From: Eledone cirrhosa
Taxonomy: Eukaryota
DNA length: 64,000 nt
Direction of reading: 5' to 3'
Assembly: GCA_964016885.1 (NCBI GenBank)
Contig: OZ024746.1
Location: 28,830,001 to 28,894,000, forward strand
Positions 26,590-40,589 of this stretch are shown here, in pieces (positions within the stretch are counted from its first letter, which is position 1; the number at the start of each line of letters is the position of its first letter). The translations under genes were made by a program, and so were the position numbers. The notes under the pieces are model-generated. The model was not told the DNA's origin. It worked only from the letters and a program-made list of their open reading frames with translations, and ran no database searches.

Positions 26590-27810
26590 TATGCCAAAAC
26601 TACCTAGTTTGTGACATATCATTCCATGGTCAATCTTGTCGAAGGCCTACGCAAAGTCAAGATATATCACACCCACATTCGAACTGTCTAACAGCTATTT
26701 TAGTACGTAGTCATAAGGCTATAAGAGCTGCTTAAAGCAAGTTCTACCCGGGCAAAATTCCTGTTAGGTGTTAGATCATTTTACTCTAGAAAATGATCAG
26801 TTTTCTTTCTGGTGATTTGTTCCTTGGCTTTGCTGATATATGAGCGCAGAGAGTAAGTTCTAGCATCTGCTCTGCTTCCTCCTTAATAGATAGGACATAT
26901 TAAGCCTTTATATTTGCTTTCCAAGTAGTTTAACACTTGCAAGTTATCTTTGGAAGCGGCTTTGCAGTGATTTTGATAAGATTCGTTCGCATACGTTCAG
27001 ATGGATTGCTGGAAATCCATCAAGGCCAGCTGCTGAATTTGGTCTTATTTCATCTATGGCTGATATTACATCTTCCTCCTTTATATCTATATAGTTGGTG
27101 TTTGCCATTTCTCCGTGTAACCCAGTGGTGTTAAAGAACTCATCAGGCGTATTTATTTGCATGTGTCTCATTGAGGGTGTGAAAACTCTCTTATATCGTT
27201 CGCCCATTTATCATTTGGGGTTCCGCGGTCAGTGAGCCACCGTTACGGAAGAATGGCTTTATGCTGCTGTGTACTTAGGCTGTCTCTCGCAAATTTAAAG
27301 AAAGCCTTGGGGATCGTGTTTAAGTTTTCTATAGCCCTAGCTTCTCTTTCTGAACTCTCCTTTTCATTCGAGAGTTTGAGTTTGAGTTTCAATTTCAAAC
27401 AATGCCTGCTTCAAATGGGATTGTTTCTTTTTCTTTTGTTGTATACGTAACCGGTTCGAAATCTTCTGTCTCTGAGAATAATATTTTTAGTTTGCTGGCC
27501 TTTCTTTCCGGGGAAAAGTTAAAGCCTATGGCGTGTATGAGTTGCTCAAATTGCATGGTATCTTCCATTGAGAAACTGTCGGTTCATTCTTGCTTCAGAA
27601 TCCTTTTCCAGTTAGCTTTGTGGAAGTTTAGCCTGGCTAGAAAGCCGAGTGTTTCTTGTTGCCTGCATATCAACAGTTTTCCTCGGTCTATATATTACAA
27701 GTTCTACTATGTTATGATCCGATAAAATCGTAGATATCACCTTCACACTGTTGATGAACGCCGTGTTAGCTTTATATAACGTACCAACACACTTTCCTTT
27801 CTTCTCTCTC
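26590..27810 (-). mobile_element. Decayed CR1/Jockey-group LINE fragment
   Basis: SDHNIV, VISAIDEIRPNSAAGLDGFPA, VIYLDFA.AFDKIDHG with stops and frameshifts. Confidence 0.8.
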
Positions 27811-28147
27811 AATCATTGCTATATTTCATCTGCCAGCTTCGATTTTCACTACGCCGTCAATTGCCCACTGATTTCTGTTCTTTGGGATATTTTTACCCGA
27901 CCTGCATGCTGCCACTGACTGCATTTGGCTGATTTAACAGCTATTCTTGGTTGAGATTTCTAATTTGTATATATATATAATATATATATAATATATATAT
28001 AATATATATATAATATATATATAATATATATATATAAAACAAATTAAGATGTCAGAAAGAAGTTCTTAAATCATTTAAGCTTTATAATTGTTTCGTTGTT
28101 TCGGGACAACTATATATATATGTAAACACACACATATATATATGTGA

Positions 28148-28235
<88 letters not shown>

Positions 28236-28331
28236 CATACATATATATATATACGTAACTGTATATATATAATGTGTGTGTTTGTGTGTGGTGTGTGGTC
28301 TGTAGTGTGTGGTGTGTGTGTGTGTGTGAGT

Positions 28332-28424
<93 letters not shown>

Positions 28425-28639
28425 AGCTGCTAAGATAGTAAATCAGATTTATCAAGTAGTAAACATAATTATATTTATATTTAATTCATTTCTCCTCTTT
28501 AAAATCTTTTGCCGAGTCAAGATTTCTATAACTACAATTTCCTAGTTTTTCTTTTCTTTTGTTTTTTTCTTTTGTGTTTCGGGCGATTTATTTAAGCGAA
28601 CATTTTGTAGCGATGGTGATGTTTGAGTTATTATTTCTG

Positions 28640-30000
28640 TTGTTGTTGTGTTGTGTTACTGGTGGTAGTGATGGTGGTGGTAGTGGTGGTAGTGATGGTG
28701 GTGGTAGTGGTGGTAGTGGTGGTGGTACTGGTGGTGGTGATGTTTGTGTTAATACTGATGTTGTTGTTATGTTGTATTACTGATGGTGGTGGTAGTGGTG
28801 GTAGTGATGGTGGTGGTAGTGGTGGTAGTGGTGGTGGTACTGGTGGTGGTGATGTTTGTGTTAATACTGATGTTGTCGTTGTGTTGTATTACTGATGGTG
28901 GTGGTAGTGGTGGTGGTGATGTTTGTGTTAATATAGCTGTTGTTGATATGTGTTGTGTTACTAATGGTGTCGGTGGTAGTGATGGTAGAGATGGTTGTGT
29001 TGGTGGTGGTAGTGTTGATGTGGTGCTGTTGGTAGTACTGGTGGTGGTGGTGGTGGTGGTGGTAGTGGTTGTAGTGGTGGTAGTGGTGGTATGGTGCTGC
29101 TGGTAGCACTGGTGGTGGTGGTGGTGGTGGTAGAGATGGATGTGTTGGTGGTAGTAGTGATGTGGTGCTGTTGGTAGTACTGGTGGTGGTGGTGGTGGTC
29201 GTCGTCGTCATGGTTGTAGTGGAGGTAATGGTGATGTAGAAGAGCTGCTGGTAGCACTAGTGGTGGTGGTGGTGGTGGTGGTGGTTGTGGTAGAGATGGA
29301 TGTGTTGGTGGTAGTGGTGATGTGGTGCTGTTGGTAGCACTGGTGGTGGTGGTGGTGGTGGTGGTGGTAGAGAAGCTGCTGCTGTTGATGTATTTGGTGG
29401 TATGATGCAGGTTGTGAAGGTAATGTTTGGCTGGTATTGTTGGTGTTGCTGATAGGGTTGATACTTTTGGAATAGTGTTGGTGTTGTTTGGAGTGGCGAT
29501 GGCGAGTATATTGATCACGAAAACAGCAACAACCACAACAAAAACAACGACGACAAGCAATAACAACAGAAACAATAAAATCAACAGCAATAACAACGAC
29601 AACAGCCACAACAACAATAAAAGCAACAACAATAACAACAACAACAATAAAAGCAACAGCAATAACAAGAACAGCAACAACAATAAGAACATCGTTGCTT
29701 GCAATTATTATTTTGTTGGCACTCGTGATGATATCATTATTGTTTTTGTTGGTTTTGTTGGAGTTGGAGATGGTGTTGTTGTTGTTGGTGGTGTTATTGT
29801 TGTTGTTGGTGGTGGTGGTGGTGGTGTTGGTGGTGGTGGTGGTGGTGGTGCAGGTAGCGTTGGCATATAAATACATCAACACCACCATCGCCACTACAAA
29901 ACTAACAACAACAATAACAACAAAAGCAAAAAATATAACAACAGCATCAACAACAACAACAACAACAACAGACAAGAAACAAGACTGCCAACAACAACAA
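28640..30000. repeat. (GGT)n/(ACA)n low-complexity tract with ~100-120 bp higher-order duplications
   Basis: Direct observation. Confidence 0.9.
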
Positions 30001-30341
30001 TTTACCAGCTAGCAAATTTATATATATTTGGTGTCTGCCATTTAAATTAGATGTAAACAAAATTTGCTGATAAACATGGGATGAAATGCAAACGTCGGTT
30101 TGGAATGAATTTTGAAGAATTTTCCAAATATTTCCAACAATTTCCAATGGCTTCACATATTAAATTTCCTTCTCACTTTGGTTGTTTATTCATATAAACT
30201 GCCTGCAACTACAGCAATTCCTTTGTTCGTTTTATCGTTGTGTTTGTGTGTGATTAGATGGGGAAATGTTTTATGTGTGTGTATCTGTACCTCTCTCCAC
30301 TTGCCTGTGTATCTATGTGTGTTTATGTGTAAATATGCATC

Positions 30342-30344
<3 letters not shown>

Positions 30345-30382
<38 letters not shown>

Positions 30383-30389
30383 TTATATA

Positions 30390-30466
<77 letters not shown>

Positions 30467-30471
30467 TTATA

Positions 30472-30536
<65 letters not shown>

Positions 30537-30541
30537 TTATA

Positions 30542-30578
<37 letters not shown>

Positions 30579-30591
30579 TTATATATATATG

Positions 30592-30622
<31 letters not shown>

Positions 30623-30623
30623 C

Positions 30624-30697
<74 letters not shown>

Positions 30698-30797
30698 ATA
30701 TATATATATTATATATATATTATATATATATTATATATATATATTATATATATATATATATATATACATTATATATATATTATATATATATTATATA

Positions 30798-30879
<82 letters not shown>

Positions 30880-30919
30880 TATATAATATATATATAATAT
30901 ATATATAATATATATATAT

Positions 30920-30981
<62 letters not shown>

Positions 30982-31025
30982 TATATAATATATATATAAT
31001 ATATATATAATATATATATATAATA

Positions 31026-31107
<82 letters not shown>

Positions 31108-31338
31108 ATATATATATATTATATATATATTATATATATATTATATATATATATTATATATATATATATATATACATACATGTATATATATGTGTGTGTG
31201 TGTGAAAATCTGTGTATGTAGATATGTCAACATATGTGCATTTGTATATATAGGTCTGTGAGTGTGTGTGTGTGTGTGTGTGTTTCTGTGTGTGTGTGTC
31301 TCTGTGTGTATGTGTCTGTGTTTGTGTGTGTCTGTGTG

Positions 31339-31376
<38 letters not shown>

Positions 31377-31400
31377 TATGTGTAACTGTGTATGTGTTTC
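30345..31400. repeat. ~850-bp imperfect (TA)n followed by (TG)n
   Basis: Direct observation. Confidence 0.95.
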
Positions 31401-33130
31401 TAATGAAAATACCTTTTGTTTATGTTCGGTTCTTTTTCTATCCTTTTGCTCTTAGCTTGTATTTGTCTTTGCTATTCTGATTGTTTTCAAAAGCCAAAAA
31501 TAAAATCTTTGATATATTGTTCTGTGTTTAGCTGTGTTTATAATGTCACGGTTAATCATGTTGAAATGAGAAATATGACAGAAAAACTAGTGGGAATTAT
31601 AATAATATCTCCTTTTGTTTAATACAACCTCAGTTTTGTTTTCTTTGTAAAAGTTCTCAACTCTAGAGAAGTTATAAATTCAATGCTCATAATTAGAAAT
31701 CCGAGGTTCCTCGTGGTTTCAGCCTCTTTAACATACAAGATAATTTCCCTGTGATTGTGTCAATGATAGAATCCATTTCTCTGATAGACCATATAGCTAC
31801 AAACAGATGTCAGGTTTTCCACAACTCAAGCCTCCTGTTTTAAAAGAGTGAAGGATATATTGGATGATATGACAGAAAAACAAGTACGGATTAGGGTTTG
31901 TTAGAGCTTACATATACCAACTGTTTGGTCAGCTTGGAATCAAAGGTCGAAAAGGAACAACAACGATCAAACGTGCGTCAGAGACAGCTAAGAAAAGTTC
32001 AATCTGACTATGGTCAAAGAGGAATGACAACTGGAACTAAGATAGGATGATTGCTGTTTAAATAGATGCGATGTGTTCTACCGATGGTCTTTGTAGCCTG
32101 GCGGTGTACCCACATGATTGAGCAACACGATCGTTGGAAAGACTCGAGTTCATATCCCGCTGGAAGAAACAAACTGCAGGAGAAAACGCAGGAATGATGA
32201 GCTGGGTTGGCCCAGCTCCTTTAAAGCGTTAGCAAGAATTAAGGGCTGAAACATTGGCTTGGTTGGAGTTTTTAATCAGAAAAGCCTCATGCTGTCCGCT
32301 CACCTCGTTTGTCGATCTGACTCTTTAACATTGAAGAGTACTTGTTTCTTTAAAACAAAACACTGTATAGCGTTTTGTTTAATACAAGTTTAATACTGTA
32401 TGGATCTTGTTTAGAAGAGGCACATTCTCGTAAGTAGCCCCTAAAATGGTTGGTGCCATACCATTCAGCTGAAATACATTCTCTGAGAAAAGACGCCATG
32501 ATGAGTAGGAAGACTTCCATAGAGCCAACATAGCTAGTAATTGTTTTTAGCCTCGTAAATGGTAATAAGACGCCTGTTATTGGTAACATTTGACATGAAG
32601 TCGTCCTGTGATAATAGACGATTACAATGTATAGAAAGTTCTATCGAAAATACCTTGAAAGATGAGTCCGAAATATTTTTGCTACACAATTATTAAGATT
32701 TACCTTAAGCATGAGAAATATCATTTTTACTTCGTTGTGGAATGCTAATGAATGCCATTGAGCTTTATGAAATAAGAGGGAAATTCTATTTCAATTCATT
32801 AAGAATATTTCACATATGTCATTCAGTACATCAAGTCTTACTTCGGTTATCTGAATCCATGTGCTTGCTTTTATGGTGAGGCTGAAGATGCGATAAGCTG
32901 AAGCTTAGGGACATGGGGTGATGAATTCTTTTGTAAAAAGCGGAAGTGAGTTGAGCTAAATCCCTCATTCCAGTTCTGTTTTAGGCTGGTTTAATTTAGG
33001 TCAACCAAAGAAAAAGCACATGAATTAAGATAAATAGATTTTTTATTCATTTAGACTGATTTTTATACTATTGATTTTATTTGTTGAATAATTTAAGTGT
33101 ATAGGAAAATTTTATTTTAATTCATTTAAT

Positions 33131-33308
33131 TAATTGTTTCTACTTTTGGCACAAGGCCAGCATTACTGGTACTTTATTTTATCGACCCCGTAAGGATGAA
33201 AGGCAAAGTTAGCCTCGGCGGGATTTGAACTCAGAATGGCAAGGGCCGTAACTCTATGCGTCAAAGCATGGCATCCGACCCTCTACGGATACTGCCAATC
33301 CACCACCC
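33131..33308 (-). mobile_element. SINE family A, full length
   Basis: Boxes A/B, body and tail ggccttgtgccaaaagtagaaacaatta. Confidence 0.88.
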
Positions 33309-33573
33309 ATATTTAATTCCTTTAATTAATGTTTTGTTTCGTGTATAAATTTTTTCTTTTATCTAGTTAGATTCTTTGTATTTGTCGATTTGAACGTTTT
33401 GGATATATTTCGTTTATACAGATCTATTTAATAACTTAGTTAAACATTTGAATTATTTCAAGGTATGTTTTAGTTAGTAGTTTTATATTAATATTTAAAC
33501 ATATTGTTTAATAATTTACCTATGTTAGCTGAGTGTTTTGTATGTTGTTGACTTTCTTTTTGGAGTGTATTTT

Positions 33574-33760
33574 CGGTGGATTGGCAGTATCGGTAGCGGG
33601 TTGGACGCCATGCTTTCCAGCATAGTTACGTCCCTTAACGATCTGAGTTCAAATCCCGCCGAGGTTGACTTTGCCTTTCATCCTTACGGGGTCGATAAAA
33701 TAAAGTACCAGTAATGCACTGGGTAATTTCTGGCCTTGTGCCAAAAGTAGAAACAATTAT
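33574..33760 (+). mobile_element. SINE family A, full length
   Basis: Same family, opposite orientation to 33131-33308. Confidence 0.88.
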
Positions 33761-33858
33761 TTATGTATAGGGACAGTCAGTAATTCCTTTGCGTTTGTTC
33801 TAGTTGTATCTAAATTCAGATGTAGCTGTTTGATTGTCCTCTTTGCTTATTCACATAA

Positions 33859-33967
<109 letters not shown>

Positions 33968-34083
33968 TGTACGTGTGTGTTGGAGGTTATATTTGTTTGA
34001 TTCGAGCAGTGCGATAGTAGTCGAATGTCTATATTATATACACTCATATATATGTAAGTATCTATATATTGAGGTATGCATAT

Positions 34084-34173
<90 letters not shown>

Positions 34174-34583
34174 TATATATATATATACATATATATACTG
34201 TATATATAATACATTCACAAATATATATACATATATATATATATATATATTTGTGAGTGTGTGTAATGATTTATTTATTGTAAGCGTTTAATTATCGAAC
34301 GAGGAATTAACTGTATTTATCATTGATCATACATCAACTTGAAAGTAATTACAAATAGTATAACTGGACAAGGAGAGGATATTTTATCTGATGGAGTCTT
34401 TATATATTCAGGATTTATATAAAGAGTCTTTTTTTTTTTATTCATCCGTTTTTTTTTAGCAGTCAAACAATAACAATAATATTAAAGATTGCCCAGGGAA
34501 AACGAAAAAAATATGAATAAATATCAAATTAATCCCAACATAAACTTCGGCAACCACCAATCTACATAATAATGATAATAATA

Positions 34584-34622
<39 letters not shown>

Positions 34623-34634
34623 GGGATGAGGATG

Positions 34635-34669
<35 letters not shown>

Positions 34670-36291
34670 TGATGATGATGCTGACTTATTTTGGCCACAA
34701 TGGTCCAAGACATAAAAGAAAATATAGAGAATATTGTAATGAAAGACGAATAAAAATGAAAAAGATAGCTCAAGAGAGTGTGAGTCGAAAAGAGGGATAT
34801 ATATATATATATATGGGGGGGGGGTGTATATATACAAAAGGTAAGCGGAAGCAACAAATCAAGCAAAATAGTACAATGAAGAAATATATTAGTTTAACGC
34901 TTGAAATAGTAGGAAACGATTCTTTGCGTTTCGGACACAAGTTCTTCATCAGTAAATAGAAAGAGAAATAAAAGAGGAAATAGAAAGATAGAGTATGGGG
35001 GAGAAAGTGAAACAGAGAGTTGCTGAGAGACAAACAGAAGAGACAGAAAGAGAAGGGAGCAATAAACAATCTATGAAAAAAAAATGAAAGAAAGAGAGAG
35101 GAGGGGAATTGATCGTAAATATTGTATGAAAACTCAAAATGAAGGAAACAAAGATCTTTTGAAATATATGGAGTTGAAACGTTTGAGGGCAATCTTTCAG
35201 TTTTAACCTTTGTATTGTCACTTTCTGATAGATCCATAGTTTATACAATTAATTGGATTCGACTTCAATTATGCTTCGGAGTTATACTTGTCTGGCAAGT
35301 AATTAGATCTGTAAACGTGTGTTGAACCTAAAACCTTTACATCGTAGCGAAATCATTTTAATCACAATTTTACTTGTCTGACAAGGGATTTAATCTGTGA
35401 CTGTGAGTCGAAACTAAAAAATAATAACTCGTAAGAGTCATTTTAAATAGTTGTCTTTTTCTGGCAAGTCACTTGATCTGTGTTGAAACTAACGTATCTA
35501 TATGATAACTCTACGCAGTAAAACAGGTTTTCTGATGCTCTACCGATTACTGCCAACATAATTTTAATAAAACATTTAATTGCGCTACTAATTCCAATAA
35601 TATTCATGATTATACTCAATCATTTGGAACTCTTAAACATTAGAATTCTGGTAACAAAAAGATAATTTTGTATATTTGTCTAAAAATTTCCATCAAAACA
35701 TGAAATATAAACATCATCTGTTAAGTTATATTCCAAACACCATGTTAAAATGCTACTAAATCCCTCGAAATTCTTTATTCATTTCAAATTTTCCCCTAGA
35801 TTGGAAAAGACGAGTAACTTAACTCGAATTTCTCACATTATTGGAACTTCCGTCATAACACACCAGCATCTCTGACAATCCACGCAGTAATATATTGGAA
35901 GAGAATTTATATCCTCGTTAAATGTAGAATGAACGGATAACTGGATGTGTTAATTTGCATACGTTTTGAACTATTAACAATAGCAAATATATCTTATACT
36001 AAACAATGCTTCTATAAAGTGGAATATGGAGAAATTCTAAGCATAAGTAATATGCCATTAGATTTACCAGATACAAGTCAGCATGAGACACTACAATGTT
36101 CTTTGAGACACGTGCTTAAATATTCTCGCTTTATTGCTCACGAAGCTTAAGAAAATAACACAAGCTCGTAGAGAAATGTAATGTAGTTATGTATGAACAT
36201 ATTTCATGAGAAAGATGTTTTATCTCTGCCAGGGAATACACAACACACACACACACGAAACACAGACACACACACACACACACGAAACACA

Positions 36292-36353
<62 letters not shown>

Positions 36354-37825
36354 TATATATATCCGTGGTGGGGAGGGTTGTAATACTTATCGCTATACAC
36401 CTCAGTGCGGATTAAGCTAGATTTTCCCATTATTCATGCACACGCGCACACAATCATACACATGGATTCAACGGGTGGTTCCTACTTTCTTGGTGCTACT
36501 GTCCTCTTAGAAGGACCGTGGCCCACGTTCACACGCACACCTTCCCGTTTTTTACATAATACCTACAGTTGTATAACCTTTCTATTACCAAACCTTTTAC
36601 AAATTTACATATATGCATGTGCATGTATATATGTATTTATATATATATGTATGCATATATCCATATATATATATGCATATTTATAAATATGTATGTATAT
36701 GTGTCCGCATATATGTTATATATATGTATATATATGTGTGAGTGTGTGTGTGTGCGTGTGTATGCACTAGAGTCCTTAACGCCAGGCCTTGTAGTCACTT
36801 TTATAGCTTCACAATTATAGTATAATATATAATATATTCCACTTAATTAGATTTGTTTTTCCGTTTCTACAGCCAAACCTATCTATACCTATATCTATAT
36901 ATATCTATCTATTTCATACATACATACATACATACATACATACATACATACATACATACATACATACATACAAACATACATATTTTGAAAAGAAGACAGC
37001 GCAATTTAAGTAGATTGTGACGAAAGTATGAGTGGATTGGTCGGTTGTATTAATTGCACATTCAACATTCAACATTCAAAATTGAAATTCAAACGAGACT
37101 TGATGGTGATTGTTTCAGAGAAGAATTACGAAAGATATCTGTAATCTAAGAGTTTTAGCAATTTCAAGAAAGTTTGATTTACTTTCTGAATTTAAATGAT
37201 GTAATTAAAGCTAACGTGACAATCAATCTTAGAAAATTATTATCTAAATAGAGTTGGACCTATTCGAAGATAGCTTAGAATCAATGTATTCTAGTAGATG
37301 TCTTTCTTGTTCTTTTTATAACGTTTCATTTACATAATATATTGATCAGTTAACTCTTCTCACATTTTTCCCGAATTTTGCAACGTGTTTCGTTATTTTT
37401 TGTTCTAATTAAAGTATTTTAACAGTAAGTTAAGTATTAAAAAAATATTAATCGAGAGATCTTAGTGGACGTAGCAAGGCCGAATGGTTAAGAAGTTTGC
37501 TTCGTAACCCTAAATCCAGGGTTCTTTCTATTCGAACTCTTAACATCTTGGCGAAGTGTCATTTAACGTAGTTTCGGATTGACCCAAGACTTGCTGTAAA
37601 CACTGAATATATGGAATCTGTATGGAAGCCATGCCCTCCAGTATAGTAAATATAGGGAGCCCACCAACATAGAAAATTTAGCGAGCCTGCCCACAAAGTA
37701 ACTGTAGAGGACCCACCAACATAGTAAAGGTAGCGGGCTCCCCTCCAACATAATAGAGGTAGCGAGCTTCCAACATAGTAAATGTAATGAGTCCTCAAAA
37801 TAGTACGTTTAGCGAGTCCATCAAA

Positions 37826-38040
37826 CTAGTAAATATAGCGAGCTTTCCTCCAACATAGTAAATGTAGCGAGCTTTCCTCCAACATAGTAAATGTAGCGAG
37901 CTTTCCTCCAACATAGTAAATATAGCGAGCTTTCCTCCAACATAGTAAATGTAGCGAGCTTTCCTCCAACATAGAAAATGTAGCGAGCTTTCCTCCAACA
38001 TAGTAAATGTAGCGAGCTCACCAACAGAGTAAATGTAGAC
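37826..38040. repeat. 29-bp minisatellite AGCGAGCTTTCCTCCAACATAGTAAATGT, ~6.5 copies plus decayed copies from 37640
   Basis: Head-to-tail units without spacers. Confidence 0.92.
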
Positions 38041-38350
38041 AGTTGTTCTTCAGTATGTTATATGTAGTGGCCAATCCCTTCTCAACATGTTAACATACTA
38101 AAATTAACCACCAACAACCCTCTCCACAGCATGTTATCCTCTTTAATGTAGCAAACACCCCAACCTGTTAATTTCATATTGCGAACGAACGCCCTAATGC
38201 TATCGTCAACACGTTATATTAAGTGTAAATCAATTAAAGTAAGGTAAGTCCATAACGAGGAGTAGCACTTCCTTAGCAGTATATATATATATATACATGT
38301 AAGTATGTATGTATACGTACATACATATATGTATACAGACGTACAGTAGC

Positions 38351-38409
<59 letters not shown>

Positions 38410-38462
38410 TACATAAGGAAAGTATATACTTTCGAACATTCAACTATCTGGCAGATGGGTAT

Positions 38463-38505
38463 ACGGTGCTGATGATAGCTAACAAGCTTGAAACTAGTAC
38501 ATCGT
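38463..38505 (+). ncRNA. Minimal type I hammerhead ribozyme in a ~220-bp island between (TA)n tracts
   Basis: ACGGUG-CUGAUGA-U-AGCU-AACA-AGCU-U-GAAA-CUAG-UA-CAUCGU; 6-bp stem I, palindromic stem III ACUAGU, GUA site. Confidence 0.8.
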
Positions 38506-38662
38506 TCCTGTGTCAGTGTTGAACAAAAAGGTGACGTGGTTGCCTTAACACCGTGCGGCATAAATTCAGGCTGTTCAGTTTGTTTACAAACGAACAAAGC
38601 GGGCGCTATAATAAGCGTCCGCTAAACTGATACGTACATATATGTATGTGTACCTGTATGTA

Positions 38663-38728
<66 letters not shown>

Positions 38729-38842
38729 TGCTACTGTACGTCTGTATACATATATGTATGTACGTATACATACATACTTACATTTAAGTAAGTGCCGTAC
38801 TAAGAGTGAGAAATGAAATTTCGTTTTCATTTTATTACAACT

Positions 38843-38874
<32 letters not shown>

Positions 38875-38958
38875 AATATGGCTCAGTCATGGTTACCGAC
38901 CCTGCATATATACAGATATAAATTTATCGAACATTTCAGTTGCTCGGCACACCCTGTA

Positions 38959-39062
<104 letters not shown>

Positions 39063-39811
39063 GTGTCTGTGTGTGTGTGTGCGTGCGTGTGTGCGTGTGT
39101 GTGTGTTGTATTATTTAATTATCTACCATATCTTTTTAGGAACGTCCAGTTAGAAAGGCAGTTTAGACACACTTTTGGTAGGCTAACAAATAGAAGGGCT
39201 GGTGCATACATCGGGTAAATCTCTCTTATATATGGATATATAAGCTCTTTCTCTTTGAAATAAACATGGCTTACGATTTATGATTCCTGAAATAGTGAAA
39301 TAGTAAAATATGTATTTCACGGAACGAATAAGTCCAAAACATTAATCATGTTTCTAATTATTTACATTTCCATAAAGTTGTGATATCACTACATCTTCAT
39401 TACGAAACCATCACAGAGAAATGGTATTTCCAAAGCAACATTAATCTTTGCGTTGCATGTCTATAAATATTATGAATTCTATACAGGTCTAATCGCATTT
39501 CCAATTATACTGGTTGAAAATGTAATCTAAATACTCATTAAGTAATTAATTAATAAAATGTATTACGTAGTAGTTACATTTAATCACTCAAGAATTCAAA
39601 ATAGGATTACATGGAGAAGAGAAAAATTTGATCGTAAACGGAAATACATAGAAAACGTTAAAGATGATAAGTATGAGATGAACACACACACACGCGCACA
39701 CAGGCATACACACACTCACATACTCACACATACACACATACACACTTATACACATACATACATGATGGCTGCCCCCTCGCTATCGAGTATGGCCATTGCA
39801 CGAGAAAATAA

Positions 39812-39842
<31 letters not shown>

Positions 39843-39895
39843 TTCACACATACATACATATATATATATACACACATATATATACATACACATAT

Positions 39896-39947
<52 letters not shown>

Positions 39948-39951
<4 letters not shown>

Positions 39952-40589
39952 TTTCTTTATTAACCACAAGGGTTTACATAAAGTAGACATTAAGGACAGT
40001 GCAGGACAATGCAGGACGGTACAAATGGGTATTTCTGCGTGTAAAAAACAAAAACAGAGGATGTAACAAAAATAACAAAGAAAATAACAATGAAAAATTC
40101 CCCAATAGGGGGGAGACTTCGGAGGGACATTTGTGGAGAAAGCCCAGTAAAAAGCCACAATGACCCTGACCACCAAGGCAAGTGCCCTCTCCCAGTTTTC
40201 CACCTTTAATTTACAGATATATACTCAGAGTAGGCCCATTCACTCGGGCCATTCTTGCTTCTCTCACCCATCTTTCAACAAAATGCTGGGAAGAGAGCAC
40301 TTCCCTCTCTACTCTGATTTTCCTTTTCAAATAAAATTTGAAAAAGTCAATCAGAGCATCACCGAAGAGGTAAGTGCTCGTCTTCAGCCCTTTCAAACGT
40401 GTCCACCATACTATCTCTTTCGCCATGGCCACCAGACAGATAAAAACTGCCTGCCCTTCCCGGCTAAAGGAGGAGGGCGGGGCAATCCTCACGATGGACT
40501 CAGATGATAGCCGGATCCGTCCTAAACGCGACAGCAGGTGTTCGACATAAACCCACAAGTCAGCAATTTTCGGACACTGGACGAGTGCG
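39948..40589 (-). mobile_element. Tx1-like LINE 3' fragment with (ATT)n tail
   Basis: [39 protein letters not shown] matches C-terminus of 59196-62624; AATAAA then (ATT)n. Confidence 0.92.

Noticed and set aside
28559-30012. Gly/Thr/Val/Leu-rich ORFs resembling structural proteins
   Set aside because: Trinucleotide low complexity, open in many frames on both strands
32330-32960. Unique-looking stretch with 79-aa ORF
   Set aside because: No splice or motif support; faint resemblance to an old LINE tail only
34915-34960. Further hammerhead-like motifs here and near 8470, 10925, 17615, 35170, 54600
   Set aside because: Core or stems broken; probably decayed pLTR ribozymes but not supportable individually
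37826-38040. CRISPR-like 29-bp repeats
   Set aside because: No spacers, no cas genes, eukaryotic context
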